DNA of 64,000 nucleotides from NCBI GenBank assembly GCA_050115495.1, contig JASFQK010000005.1, forward strand, positions 122,531 to 186,530, read 5' to 3'. This DNA comes from Phycisphaerae bacterium (GTDB taxonomy: Bacteria > Planctomycetota > Phycisphaerae > UBA1845 > Fen-1342). The position numbers were made by a program, and so were the translations under genes. How positions within the stretch are numbered: position 1 is the first letter of the stretch; each line of letters starts with the position of its first letter. Positions 43,785-53,433 of this stretch are shown here, piece by piece. A model generated the notes under the pieces. The model was not told the DNA's origin, ran no database searches, and saw nothing but the letters and a program-made list of their open reading frames with translations.

Positions 43785-44786
43785 ATGGCTTCCTTCCCCT
43801 CATCGCCCGAACCACGGACCGAGTCGGACAACCTCCCCTTCGTCAGCATCGTCGTGGCTGTGCGCAACGAGGCCCGGCACCTGCCCGAGGTGCTCGATTT
43901 GCTCTTCCGCCAGGACTACCCCGCCGATCGCCTCGAGGTTATCCTGGTCGACGGCGTCTCCGACGATAACTCCGTAGCCGTCGCCAACCGCTACATCGCC
44001 CAACACCCCACCACAAACGCGCGCATTGTCAACAACCCGCGGCGCATCACTCCCTGTGCGTTCAATGTCGGCATCCGCGCCGCCCGCGGCGAGATCATCG
44101 CCATCTTCGGCGCCCACGCCGCCTATCACCCTGACTACATTAGCCAGTCGGTCGAGATCCTCTGCCGAAACAGCAACAACGTCGCCTGTGCGGGCGGCAT
44201 TGGGCGATTGATGCCGGGGGCCGACTACCGCACGCGGTCCACCATCGGCGACCTAGCCCGCTGGGCGCACGACTACGGCTATTTCCATTTCTCCCTGGCC
44301 CGCATCTGTCCCGCCGCCGCCATACTGAAGTACTTCCTGCCCGGCGTGGCAGTCAGCGGGTTGCTGCTGGTCACCCTTGCGGCGATCTTCCTCCGCCCGG
44401 CGGCGTGGCTGCTGGCGATCGGCGCCGCCGGCTACACTCTGGCGACGATTGCCGCCTCAGTGCACATCGCCCTGACCCGTCCCGGCGCCGCGAAGGGCCT
44501 GCTCTACATGCCGTTGCTGTTCGCCGTCCTCCACTTCTCCTACGGCATCGGCGTGATCCGCGGATACTTCCACCGCTTCGACCAGCCGCCGGAGATGCCG
44601 CCCGCGCCGCCGCAACGGGATTGGTCGAACGGCAGTGGCTTGTTCGGTGACAACACCTTGCGTGGTACGCCGGCCACGATCACATCGTCCGGCACGTCGT
44701 TGATGACGACGAAGCCCATACCGACGACAGCCCAGGCACCGAGCAGGCCGGCCGTTGCAGCCAACGACTGGACAGGCCGAACTTAA
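43785..44786 (+). pseudogene. GT2 (ExoA-like) glycosyltransferase with an in-frame internal deletion and an aberrant C-terminus
   Basis: N-terminus aligns with the paralog at 44680-45780, but about 83 aa including GLFDE...NQDNELN are missing at ~44225; the 3' end reads through a duplicated acyltransferase fragment. Confidence 0.65.
44626..44725 (-). repeat. Diverged duplicate of the 3' end of the LpxD-like acyltransferase gene (copy of 45828-45927)
   Basis: Manual alignment gives 91/100 nt identical; encodes VGMGFVVINDVPDDVIVAGVPRKVLSPNKPLPF. Confidence 0.9.
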
Positions 44787-45780
44787 ACAGCCCGACCAGC
44801 GTGCCGACACCGTAGCACAGGTGCCCTGCGAAGAATAGCAACGGCATGCCCGCCAGATACCAGCGCCAGCCGCGCCGCTTCGCCAGGTGCACGGTCGCCG
44901 CCACCACCGCGACGGCATAGGCCCCGAGCGCTAGCGCCAACAGCAGCCAGCCCACCCAGTGAAACAGCCCCAGCACGGTGCTGCACAACAGCGCCATGAC
45001 GAAGGCAAACGGCACGAAGTATCGTGCCCGGAACGAGCCCGGATTCACCCGCACGGTCGCCACGTGGTACAGCCCGTTGCCGTACGTGAGCTTCATCAAC
45101 TGGCGGAAACGCCGCTGCGCCTTGTACCGGGCCCGTGTCTCGGCGGTGAGCCAGATGCGCAGCCCTGCCCGGATGACGCGCGAATTCAGCTCGTTGTCCT
45201 GGTTGCGGACGAAGCGCTCGTCGAACAACCCCACGCGCTCGAACACCTCGCGCTTGAACATCGGATACGCCGCCGAAGGCACATAACGCGACTCCTCGGC
45301 GGCCACACGAATCTCGTTGTTGCCCACCCCGAAAGGATGCGTCAGGAAGAGCTGGTTCATCCGGGCCGGGACACTGTCGTCGCCGACCTCGCTGACAACC
45401 AGCCCACCGCTGACCTCGGCCACGCCATCGATCAACGGCCGGGCGCAGGCCCGGATGTAGTTCGCGTCGTAGACCGTATGCGCCCCGAGAATCTGAATCA
45501 GTGATCCGCGGGCATTGGCGATGCCCAGGTTGAACGCACAGGGGGCGATGCGCTGCGGGTTGTCGATCAGCCGCACCTGCGGATGCTGGCGAGCGTACTC
45601 GAGGATCCGCTCACGCGAGTCGTCCTCCGAAGCCCCGTCCACCACCAGGATCTCCAGCCGGTCGGTCGGGTAATCCTGGGCCAGAATCGTGTCCAGCGCC
45701 TGCGTGATATGCCGTTGCTCATTGCGCACGGCCAGCACGATCGTCACCAGGGGCAGGTTCTCATCGGTCCGTTCGTTCAC
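44680..45780 (-). CDS. GT2 glycosyltransferase (succinoglycan ExoA-like)
   Basis: AVRNE, QDYP, VVDGASEDDS, GLFDERFVRNQDNELNSR, C-terminal TM helices. Confidence 0.9.
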   Translation of the reverse strand: MNERTDENLPLVTIVLAVRNEQRHITQALDTILAQDYPTDRLEILVVDGASEDDSRERILEYARQHPQVRLIDNPQRIAPCAFNLGIANARGSLIQILGAHTVYDANYIRACARPLIDGVAEVSGGLVVSEVGDDSVPARMNQLFLTHPFGVGNNEIRVAAEESRYVPSAAYPMFKREVFERVGLFDERFVRNQDNELNSRVIRAGLRIWLTAETRARYKAQRRFRQLMKLTYGNGLYHVATVRVNPGSFRARYFVPFAFVMALLCSTVLGLFHWVGWLLLALALGAYAVAVVAATVHLAKRRGWRWYLAGMPLLFFAGHLCYGVGTLVGLFKFGLSSRWLQRPACSVPGLSSVWASSSSTTCRTM

Positions 45781-45804
45781 CGCGCCCGTCCTCTACTCAA
45801 CCGA

Positions 45805-46788
45805 CTACTTCGCTGAATCTGGTACGACGAACGGCAGTGGCTTGTTCGGTCGCAACACCTTGGCTGGCACGCCGGCCACGATAACATCGTCCGGCACGTC
45901 GTTGATGACCACGGAGCCCATGCCGACCATCACGTTGCGCCCGACCGTCTTGGTGTTGAGCACGTTCGAGTTCGGCCCGATCCACGTGTAGTCGCCGACA
46001 CGCGACGAGCCGGCCAGGATCGCCCCAGCCGTGATGATGGCGTGCCGCCCGATCTGCACGGCGTGGCCGATGTGGCAGTAGTGGTCGATCTTCGTCCCCT
46101 GGCCGACGTGCGTGGTGCCGACGGCGGCCTGGTCGATGTTGGCGTGCGGGAAAACCTCGACGTCCTCCTCAAGCAGAACGCCGCCGAGATGCGGGATGCG
46201 TACCCACCGGCCCTCCGGGGCCAGCTCGAAGCCGAAGCCGTGCGTGCCGATCGTGCAGCCATGCCACAAAATCACGTTGGCCCGCGCCTCGACATGGCTG
46301 AACACGTGCACGTGCGGATGCACGATCACGTTCGGCCCCAGCCGGCAACGGTCGATCACGGCGTAGGCCCCGATCCGCACCGAAGGATCGATCTCCGCCC
46401 GCGGATCCACCACCGCCGTCGGATGGATGCCCTGTGCCGGCAGACCGGCGGCCCCTTCGTCCGGCGGGAAGAAGCGCCAGACCGCCCGGGCGAAATCCAG
46501 GCGCGGCGTCGGCGAGTAGATAAACGTCTGCGGCAAATCGGCACAATGCTCGCGCAGGCTTTCGAGGGCGATAATGAGAGCCGTCGCCGGCGCGGCGCGC
46601 AGCCCTTCAACCCACGCCGCCTCGTACCGTTTCATGAAGCTCAGCGCTTGCGGGACGAGTTCACCCACCGGCCGTGGCTCGCGAACGATGAGCTGCTCGT
46701 CGCCCGTGCAGCTCCGGCCCAGAAACGCCGCGATCTCCGCGGCCCGCACACCGTCCGGCGCTCCACCTGCCTGTGCGTTCATCAGCAC
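45805..46788 (-). CDS. LpxD-like hexapeptide-repeat N-acyltransferase
   Basis: PRLDFAR, IHPTAVV, IGTHGFGF, IPHLGGV, GTKIDHYCHIGH, VAGVPAK. Confidence 0.85.
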   Translation of the reverse strand: MLMNAQAGGAPDGVRAAEIAAFLGRSCTGDEQLIVREPRPVGELVPQALSFMKRYEAAWVEGLRAAPATALIIALESLREHCADLPQTFIYSPTPRLDFARAVWRFFPPDEGAAGLPAQGIHPTAVVDPRAEIDPSVRIGAYAVIDRCRLGPNVIVHPHVHVFSHVEARANVILWHGCTIGTHGFGFELAPEGRWVRIPHLGGVLLEEDVEVFPHANIDQAAVGTTHVGQGTKIDHYCHIGHAVQIGRHAIITAGAILAGSSRVGDYTWIGPNSNVLNTKTVGRNVMVGMGSVVINDVPDDVIVAGVPAKVLRPNKPLPFVVPDSAK

Positions 46789-46823
46789 TCCTCAAACGCC
46801 GGCCCGACCTGGCGGCCGGAACC

Positions 46824-47483
46824 TCACATCACCCAGCGAAACAATGAGAACGTTTCGGCATAGCCGCCGCCGATCTGAATACCGCGGCAACGGGCCAGCG
46901 ACCAGAGGAACTCGCCACTGGCGTAGGCCCGCCCCTTCTGCGACTCGTAGCACTGCATCGCCCGGATTTTGGCCTCGATGTGGGCCTCTTCCAGGCGGAT
47001 GAAACACGATGTGTCGAATTGCAGGTTGTTCCAGGGAATCTCGTAGCCGAGCATGCAAACAGTCTTGAACGCCCGGAACCCCTCCTGCGACACGACGGCG
47101 TGGTCCTGGTGCGTGTCGTGGATCGATGGCAGGAAAACGAGCTGCGGGTTCACGGCCCGCTTGAAGGCCACGAACTTTTCCAGGATGTCCTGGCGATGGT
47201 CGAGGAATCGCCGGACCGGGTACTGATAGACGATCAAGTGCTCGTTCGGGATGCCCAGGCTGGCCGTGGCCTTGGTGACTTCCTTCTTGAGGGTGTCCTT
47301 GGGCCAGCCGGCCGGGAGGGAGTCCTCGGCGATGGACAGGGCCATATAGTACACGTCGAGGCCGGCCGCGATCAGTTTGCTGATCGTGCCGCCGCAGCCG
47401 AACTCGCCGTCATCCGTGTGGGGTGCCAGAACCAGTACCGGGCCGCGCAACGCCAGCCCTCCCGCGTCCACCTTGTCGCTCAT
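46824..47483 (-). CDS. PIG-L/LmbE family N-acetyl-sugar deacetylase
   Basis: APHTDDGEFGCGG, DTHQDH, YESQ, YAETF; ATG 47483 after GGAG. Confidence 0.9.
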   Translation of the reverse strand: MSDKVDAGGLALRGPVLVLAPHTDDGEFGCGGTISKLIAAGLDVYYMALSIAEDSLPAGWPKDTLKKEVTKATASLGIPNEHLIVYQYPVRRFLDHRQDILEKFVAFKRAVNPQLVFLPSIHDTHQDHAVVSQEGFRAFKTVCMLGYEIPWNNLQFDTSCFIRLEEAHIEAKIRAMQCYESQKGRAYASGEFLWSLARCRGIQIGGGYAETFSLFRWVM

Positions 47484-47734
47484 CGTGATCTCCGGTTGCA
47501 CCTGCCCGGGCGGCCGGTTGGCAGCTCTTGTCCAAGACATCGGTCCGCCACCCGGCTCGGGGCAGTGTCGCCCGCCAACGGGGGGCGATTCTAGCTCTCG
47601 GCCCGACGCCGCGGCAAGCGACACCGTTTGCCCGATAACCGCGTTAACGTAACGCTGACGCCACCATAACCGCGCCCCGCGCACGCCTCACAGCCAGCGG
47701 CAAACAACCCGGGACACGCATAAACCGCCCTTGC

Positions 47735-47763
47735 TTGCCGCGTTTCAGCGTCACTCCTATACT
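47735..47763 (+). promoter_or_regulatory. sigma70-like promoter for the oxidoreductase-acetyltransferase-aminotransferase operon
   Basis: TTGCCG-N17-TATACT. Confidence 0.5.
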
Positions 47764-47831
47764 GCCGAGACTCTGTGCAGCGGAGGCAGCCGCCCTGGCG
47801 CCGATAACCACTCCGCGAACTGGAGATACCC

Positions 47832-48857
47832 ATGCCGGAATCGCTGAATCTCGCTGTCGCCGGCGTCGGCAACTGGGGCCGTAACGTCCTGCGCAGCTTC
47901 TCGCGGGCCAACCGCTGCCAATTGCGCTGGATCTGCGACCTCGACCAGCAGGCGCTCAGCCGCCAGGCGGCCCTGTACCCCGGGGCCCAGGCCTCGACCG
48001 ACTTCGACAAGATCCTCGGCAGCGACGTGGACGCCGTGGCCATCGCCACGAAGGCCGTGACCCATCACGACCTCGCCGCCCGGGCGCTCGCGGCCGGTAA
48101 GCACGTCTTCGTCGAGAAGCCCCTGTGCCTGACCGGGGCCAACACGCGGCACCTGCTCGACCTGGCCCGGGAGAAGAAGCGCAAGCTCATGGTCGGCCAC
48201 CTGCTGCTCTTCCATCCCTGCGTGACCAGGCTGCGCGAGATGATCGTCGGTGGCGAACTCGGCGACACGTACTATGTGTACGCCCAGCGCGTGAACCTGG
48301 GCGTCGTCCGCCAGGACGAGAACGCCTGGTGGTCGCTCGCCCCGCACGACGTCTCCGTCATCTGTCACTTGTTCGACGCCCAGCCGACGACCGTCAGCGC
48401 CTTCGGCCAGTGCTACCTCCAGGGCGGTATCGAGGACGTGGTCTTCGCCACCCTGCGCTTTGCCGACGGCCGCATGGCCCATATTCATACGAGCTGGCTC
48501 GACCCGCACAAGATCCGCAAGATGACCGTGGTCGGTGCCCAGCGTATGGTCACCTTCGACGACATGGAGCCCGCCGAGAAGCTCCGCATCTACGACAAGG
48601 GCGCGGAGGTCAAGGCCGGCGTGGACGACTTCGTGCACGCCATCTCGATCCGCTCCGGCGACATCCGCATCCCGCGGGTGCCCGGGGCCGAGCCGCTTCA
48701 GCTCGAGGTGCAGCACTTCGTCGACGGCGTGCTCGACGACAAACCGATTCGTACCGATGGCGATGACGGCCTGCGCGTCGTCCGCGTGCTGGAAGCCGGC
48801 ACCGAGTCGATCCGCCGCGGCGGCCAGCCGGTCACCATCGAGGGAGAATCCGCGTGA
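47832..48857 (+). CDS. Gfo/Idh/MocA NAD-dependent oxidoreductase (WbpB/WlbA-like sugar 3-dehydrogenase)
   Basis: [28 protein letters not shown]. Confidence 0.88.
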   Translation: MPESLNLAVAGVGNWGRNVLRSFSRANRCQLRWICDLDQQALSRQAALYPGAQASTDFDKILGSDVDAVAIATKAVTHHDLAARALAAGKHVFVEKPLCLTGANTRHLLDLAREKKRKLMVGHLLLFHPCVTRLREMIVGGELGDTYYVYAQRVNLGVVRQDENAWWSLAPHDVSVICHLFDAQPTTVSAFGQCYLQGGIEDVVFATLRFADGRMAHIHTSWLDPHKIRKMTVVGAQRMVTFDDMEPAEKLRIYDKGAEVKAGVDDFVHAISIRSGDIRIPRVPGAEPLQLEVQHFVDGVLDDKPIRTDGDDGLRVVRVLEAGTESIRRGGQPVTIEGESA

Positions 48858-49438
48858 GCAAACCCGCTTTCGTGCATCCCACGGCCATCGTCGACGACGG
48901 GGCCGTCGTCGGTAACGACACCAAGATCTGGCACTTCTGCCACGTGATGGGCGGGGCCGTCATCGGCGAGCGCTGCTCGCTCGGCCAGAACGTCTACGTG
49001 GGCAGCCGCGGCCGGCTCGGCAACAACGTCAAGGTCCAGAACAACGTCTCCATCTACGACTGCGTCGAGATCGAGGATGACGTGTTCTGCGGCCCGAGCA
49101 TGGTCTTCACCAACGTCTACAACCCCCGCAGTCATGTCTCCCGCAAGGACGAGTACATGACCACCCGCGTTCGGCGGGGGGCCACAATCGGCGCGAACGC
49201 CACGGTGGTCTGCGGCGTAGTATTGGGGGAGTACTGCTTCATCGCCGCTGGCGCGGTCGTCAATCGCGACGTCCCTCCCTATGCCCTGATCGCGGGCGTG
49301 CCCGGACGGATCATCGGCTGGATGAGCCAGAACGGCGAACGGCTTGATTTCGGCAACGGCAACGAGGCAACCTGCCCGGCCACCGGCCAGCGCTACCGTC
49401 GCGTGGCCGAGGACCGCATTGAATTGGTGGAATCATGA
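48854..49438 (+). CDS. wbpD: UDP-2-acetamido-3-amino-2,3-dideoxy-glucuronate N-acetyltransferase-like protein
   Basis: [44 protein letters not shown]. Confidence 0.85.
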   Translation: MSKPAFVHPTAIVDDGAVVGNDTKIWHFCHVMGGAVIGERCSLGQNVYVGSRGRLGNNVKVQNNVSIYDCVEIEDDVFCGPSMVFTNVYNPRSHVSRKDEYMTTRVRRGATIGANATVVCGVVLGEYCFIAAGAVVNRDVPPYALIAGVPGRIIGWMSQNGERLDFGNGNEATCPATGQRYRRVAEDRIELVES

Positions 49439-50547
49439 AAGTCCCCCTACTCGACCTGAAAGCCCAGTTCTGCACGATTGAGAAGGACATTCGCGCCGCG
49501 ATCGATCGCGTCTTCGAAACGCAGCGCTACATTCTCGGCCCCGAGGTCACCGGCCTCGAAGAGGAAATCGCCGCCTTCACCAACTGCTCGCACGCCGTCG
49601 GCGTGAGCAGCGGTACCGACGCCCTGCTCTGCGCCATGATGGCGGCCGGCGTCGGCCCGGGTGACGAGGTTATTCTGCCGACGTTCACGTTCTTCGCCAC
49701 CGCCGGGTGCGTCAGTCGGCTCGGGGCCCGGCCCGTCTTCGCCGACGTCGAGCCCGATACGTACAACCTCGACGTCGCCAAGCTGCCCGGCCTGATCACC
49801 GACAAGACGAAGGCCATCATGCCGGTGCACCTGTTTGGCCAGTGCGCCGACATGGACGCCATCATGGCGATGGTCGCCAGGAAGAACATCGTCGTCATCG
49901 AGGACGCGGCCCAGGCCCTCAGCTCGCGCTACAAGGATCGCCCCGCGGGCACGCTCGGCCACATCGCCTGCTTCTCGTTCTTCCCCAGCAAGAACCTCGG
50001 CTGCTGCGGCGACGGCGGCATGGTGACCACCAACGACGCCGCCCTGGGCGACCGCTGCCGGATCCTGCGGGCCCACGGCTCGAAGCCGAAGTATTACCAC
50101 AAGATCATCGGCGGCAATTTTCGCCTGGATGCGCTTCAGGCCGCCATTCTGCGCGTGAAACTGCCACACTTGAACGACTGGAGCGAAGGTCGCCGCCGCA
50201 ATGCCGCCCGCTACGACGAGTTGCTGGCCGGCGCCGGCGTGACGTTGCCGGTCATCCGCGACTACAACACGACGATCTACAACCAGTACGTCATTCGCAG
50301 TCCGTATCGCGACGAGCTGCGTCAGTATCTCACCGACCACGAGATCGGCAGCGAGATCTACTACCCCGTGCCCATGCACGTGCAGGAGTGCTTCGCGGAC
50401 CTGGGCGGCAAGCCCGGCGACTGCCCCGTCTCCGAGAAGGCCGCCGCCGAAGTGCTGGCCCTGCCGATCTACCCGGAGCTCACCGACGAGCAGTTGCAGT
50501 TCGTAGCGCAGTGCGTCCGCGAGTTCCACCAGAAGAAGGGCAAGTAG
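49435..50547 (+). CDS. DegT family aminotransferase (WbpE/WlbC-like)
   Basis: [44 protein letters not shown]. Confidence 0.92.
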   Translation: MKVPLLDLKAQFCTIEKDIRAAIDRVFETQRYILGPEVTGLEEEIAAFTNCSHAVGVSSGTDALLCAMMAAGVGPGDEVILPTFTFFATAGCVSRLGARPVFADVEPDTYNLDVAKLPGLITDKTKAIMPVHLFGQCADMDAIMAMVARKNIVVIEDAAQALSSRYKDRPAGTLGHIACFSFFPSKNLGCCGDGGMVTTNDAALGDRCRILRAHGSKPKYYHKIIGGNFRLDALQAAILRVKLPHLNDWSEGRRRNAARYDELLAGAGVTLPVIRDYNTTIYNQYVIRSPYRDELRQYLTDHEIGSEIYYPVPMHVQECFADLGGKPGDCPVSEKAAAEVLALPIYPELTDEQLQFVAQCVREFHQKKGK

Positions 50548-50584
50548 CCTCAGCGCCCGACGGCCCATGCTGGCCGACAGCCCT

Positions 50585-50750
50585 GTAGCGTCGGCCCCCC
50601 GTGGCCGACGTCGACCACCGACAACCACACGACCCTCACCGCAGCGACCGACCTCCGGGTTGGCCGCCGGTCTATGTGGCATGCCCGAGAACACCAAGAA
50701 CTGCACGACGCGCGCCGTGGCGATCGGCCGCCGTGTCGGCCGTCGGTCGC
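50585..50750 (+). repeat. Three progressively degenerate GTAG-type REP hairpins
   Basis: GTAG-CGTCGGCC-ccccgt-GGCCGACG (50585-50610); GCAG-CGACCGACC-tccg-GGTTGGCCG (50641-50666); GTGG-CGATCGGC...GTCGGTCGC (50717-50750). Confidence 0.55.
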
Positions 50751-50771
50751 GCGAAACACCGCGCGCAATCC

Positions 50772-50858
50772 GTCCGAGCCCCGACCGGCAGGGAGTGGTC
50801 TGCGCAGAAGCCGGGCGTCTGCGCGAACGACCCACTCGCTACCGCTCGGGGCTCGGAC
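50772..50858. repeat. REPIN-like long imperfect inverted repeat (second family)
   Basis: GTCCGAGCCCCGACCGGCAGGGAGTGGTC (50772-50800) ... GACCCACTCGCTACCGCTCGGGGCTCGGAC (50829-50858). Confidence 0.75.
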
Positions 50859-50929
50859 AGACAGCGTGCGCAGCATCGCCCCCCTGTTCGGCGTCGAACC
50901 CACCGGCAGACGGTTCTCTCAACGAACGC

Positions 50930-52051
50930 TTACCGCCCCAGCCCCGCGTAGATCTCGGCCAGCAGGCTTTCCATCCTGGTCCAGCCGAACCCGGTTTCCA
51001 CCGCCTGGCGCGCGTTGCGGCCTAGCTCCTGCGTGCGCTCCGGATCGCGCAGCAGCGACAGGATCGCCTCCGCCAGCGCCGCCGGATCGGTCATGTCCAC
51101 CGCCAGGCCGCACCGCGTCTGGTTGATGACCACCTCGGTATCGCTGCCTCGCGGGCCGATCACCGCCTGCCCCGTGCACATGTAACTGAACAGCTTGTTG
51201 GACAGACTGCCGTAGTTGTTCGGCGACGGCTGCATCGCCACCACGCCGATCGAGCCGCGGTTGAGCGCCGGGCCCACCTGCTCGTACGGCAGCCAACCGG
51301 TGACCTCGACCTCATTCTGCAAGCCGAGTTCCTGCACGCGACGCTCGAACAGCTCCTTGTCCGGCCCCAGCACCTGCCCCACGACGAGCAGCCGCACCGG
51401 CCGCTCCTTCTTCACGATGGCCAGGGCGTCGAGCATCTGATTCTGCCCGCGGTTTACACTCAGCCGCCCGTCGTGCGTCAGCGTGATCGCCGCTTCCGGC
51501 GGCTTGTTCGTGTGCGGGAACAGCTCGGTCGGCGGACTGTTGTGAATGATCGTGACCTTGCGGCAGCCGCAGAAATCGCGATAGAACCGCTCGTTCGTAT
51601 AGCTGACCACGATGACATGGTCCGCCCGGCGAGCCGCCCACCGCAACCCGCGCGCCGTCAGCCACGTGATCACCCGCCCCAGCAGGCCTTTCGAGAACCG
51701 CGCCGCCGTGAAATGGAAACACTCGTGCGCGTCGAAGATCAACCGCGCCCCGGTGACCCACTTCAGCAGCACGCCCACCGCGAGGCTCTCGACCTCGTGC
51801 ACGTGATAGACGTCCGGAACCGACTGCCGCCCCAGCTTGTACGTCTGGCGCATGAGCAGCACGCGCTCCCACCGCGAGCGCTGCTTCTCATCCAGCGGCA
51901 GTATCTTCAGGCCCTCGGGCAGCTTCTTGGCCGGATCATGCATGGCCACCAACGACACCTCGTGGCCCTGCTTCATCAGGCTTCGCGCTTCACGCATGGT
52001 CACCCGCGGATCCCACGACGGGTGCGACGGCGCTAGCATGCAGATTCGCAA
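50930..52051 (-). CDS. GT4 glycosyltransferase
   Basis: DPRV, YHVHE, IFDAHE, SNKLFSYM; TTG at 52051 preceded by GGAGG. Confidence 0.9.
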   Translation of the reverse strand: MRICMLAPSHPSWDPRVTMREARSLMKQGHEVSLVAMHDPAKKLPEGLKILPLDEKQRSRWERVLLMRQTYKLGRQSVPDVYHVHEVESLAVGVLLKWVTGARLIFDAHECFHFTAARFSKGLLGRVITWLTARGLRWAARRADHVIVVSYTNERFYRDFCGCRKVTIIHNSPPTELFPHTNKPPEAAITLTHDGRLSVNRGQNQMLDALAIVKKERPVRLLVVGQVLGPDKELFERRVQELGLQNEVEVTGWLPYEQVGPALNRGSIGVVAMQPSPNNYGSLSNKLFSYMCTGQAVIGPRGSDTEVVINQTRCGLAVDMTDPAALAEAILSLLRDPERTQELGRNARQAVETGFGWTRMESLLAEIYAGLGR

Positions 52052-52252
52052 ACCCTTTACCTCCCTCGGCTTACTGCACACGATCGGCCGAGTCTTCGAC
52101 CCTCGTCGACGCAAGCAGACGGCACGGAAGGCGCAGTATAGTTGCCGCGTCGGGCAGTGCCAAGCTCGACCGGCGTCACCCCCTATCCAGACGATGCCGC
52201 CCGCCGTATCGTCCACACAGAGCGAACCGTTTCACGCCCAGAGAGACCGCCC

Positions 52253-53422
52253 ATGTTCCGCCCCCTGCCGTTCGGCTGCTGCGTTCTGTCGACCTTGCTC
52301 GTTTGCTTTTGCGTGTCGCACACGGCGGCGTCCGCACCGTTGGCCGCCGAAGCGGCCGCCGGCGCCGCCCCGCCGAAGCCCGCCCAACTGCTGGCCGACC
52401 TGCGAGCCTGCAAGCCGCTGCGCAAAGTACACTACTGGTGGCCGACGCGCCCGGGCTGGCCGGTCGCCGTGGACAACGCCCTCGCCTACGAGATCGTGCG
52501 CCTCACCGGCACGTACAACCTCTACCCCCGCTGGACCGAAGCCGCCGACACACGCCGCGCCGTCTCGATCTGCCAGCGCGTCACCGAGCGCACCGGCCGG
52601 CAGACGTCCATCGGCCTCCACTGCGCCCCCTGGGTGAACTGGGACCGCAAAGAGGCGCCCACGAACACCGGCCGGGCGCAGGAGGCCGAGGTGCAGCGCA
52701 TCTCCGACCTGCTCAAGCAGGCCCGCGAACAGCTCCAGGCCGCCAACAAGCAACTCGACACGAAGATCCAGGTGAGTGCCATCCTCTTCGACAGCGAAGT
52801 GCTCAACCCCAAACGCGGCACCAGCCCGGAGGCCAACGCCTGGAACGCCGCCATCGACGCGAAATACAACCTCGTCTACGACGCCGCCAAGGCGGTGTTC
52901 CCCGAGGCCATCATCGTCTGGTACAGCCGCGGCGGTGTGACGCCCAGCGCCGATCCGTCCGGCTGGAGGCACTCATCGCAGCGGTATTTCACCATGAACG
53001 AACGTGGCGATTGCTGGAGCATCTCGCTCTACCGCATCTGGGAGATCGGCGAGACCCGCGAGTCGTTCCGCCGCACGGTCGTCGAGGCCGATGCCCACGG
53101 CGGCGGAGCCGTCATCCCCTGGGTGGCCCTGGGCTGCGGCTACCGGCGCGAAGCCAAGTCGTTCAGCGCCTGGGCGACCGACTACCCGTACGACCCGATC
53201 TACTCCTGGATGCTCGGCCGCGAGATCAACCACCCCTGGTACGGCGAGCGCCCCGAGCGCTTCGCCCCCTGGAACCGGGCGGAGTTTGTCGTCTTCTATC
53301 CCGGCCCGTTCGATCAGCGCGTCCCGCGTTGGGGACAGCACTTCCTGGCGTACTGCCGCGGCGCGATGCTGAACGAGGATGTGCCCGGCCGCGAGCCGTG
53401 GGTGTCCGACAAGAACCACTAA
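52253..53422 (+). CDS. Secreted hypothetical protein (aromatic-rich, possible TIM-barrel glycan-active fold)
   Basis: Signal peptide from ATG 52253; coding-like codon usage; ILFDSE, VIPWVALG, VVFYPGPF. Confidence 0.7.
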   Translation: MFRPLPFGCCVLSTLLVCFCVSHTAASAPLAAEAAAGAAPPKPAQLLADLRACKPLRKVHYWWPTRPGWPVAVDNALAYEIVRLTGTYNLYPRWTEAADTRRAVSICQRVTERTGRQTSIGLHCAPWVNWDRKEAPTNTGRAQEAEVQRISDLLKQAREQLQAANKQLDTKIQVSAILFDSEVLNPKRGTSPEANAWNAAIDAKYNLVYDAAKAVFPEAIIVWYSRGGVTPSADPSGWRHSSQRYFTMNERGDCWSISLYRIWEIGETRESFRRTVVEADAHGGGAVIPWVALGCGYRREAKSFSAWATDYPYDPIYSWMLGREINHPWYGERPERFAPWNRAEFVVFYPGPFDQRVPRWGQHFLAYCRGAMLNEDVPGREPWVSDKNH

Positions 53423-53433
53423 CGCCGCCGGCC

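Noticed and set aside
44626..45927. Diversity-generating retroelement TR/VR pair
   Set aside because: The nine mismatches are not adenine-specific on either strand and no reverse transcriptase is present in the window.
47715..47729. ops/JUMPStart element (minus strand GGCGGTTTATGCGTG)
   Set aside because: Only a partial match to GGCGGTAGnnTG; insufficient support.
50585..50750. CRISPR array
   Set aside because: Units are too divergent, spacing is irregular and there are no cas genes; better explained as decayed REPs.
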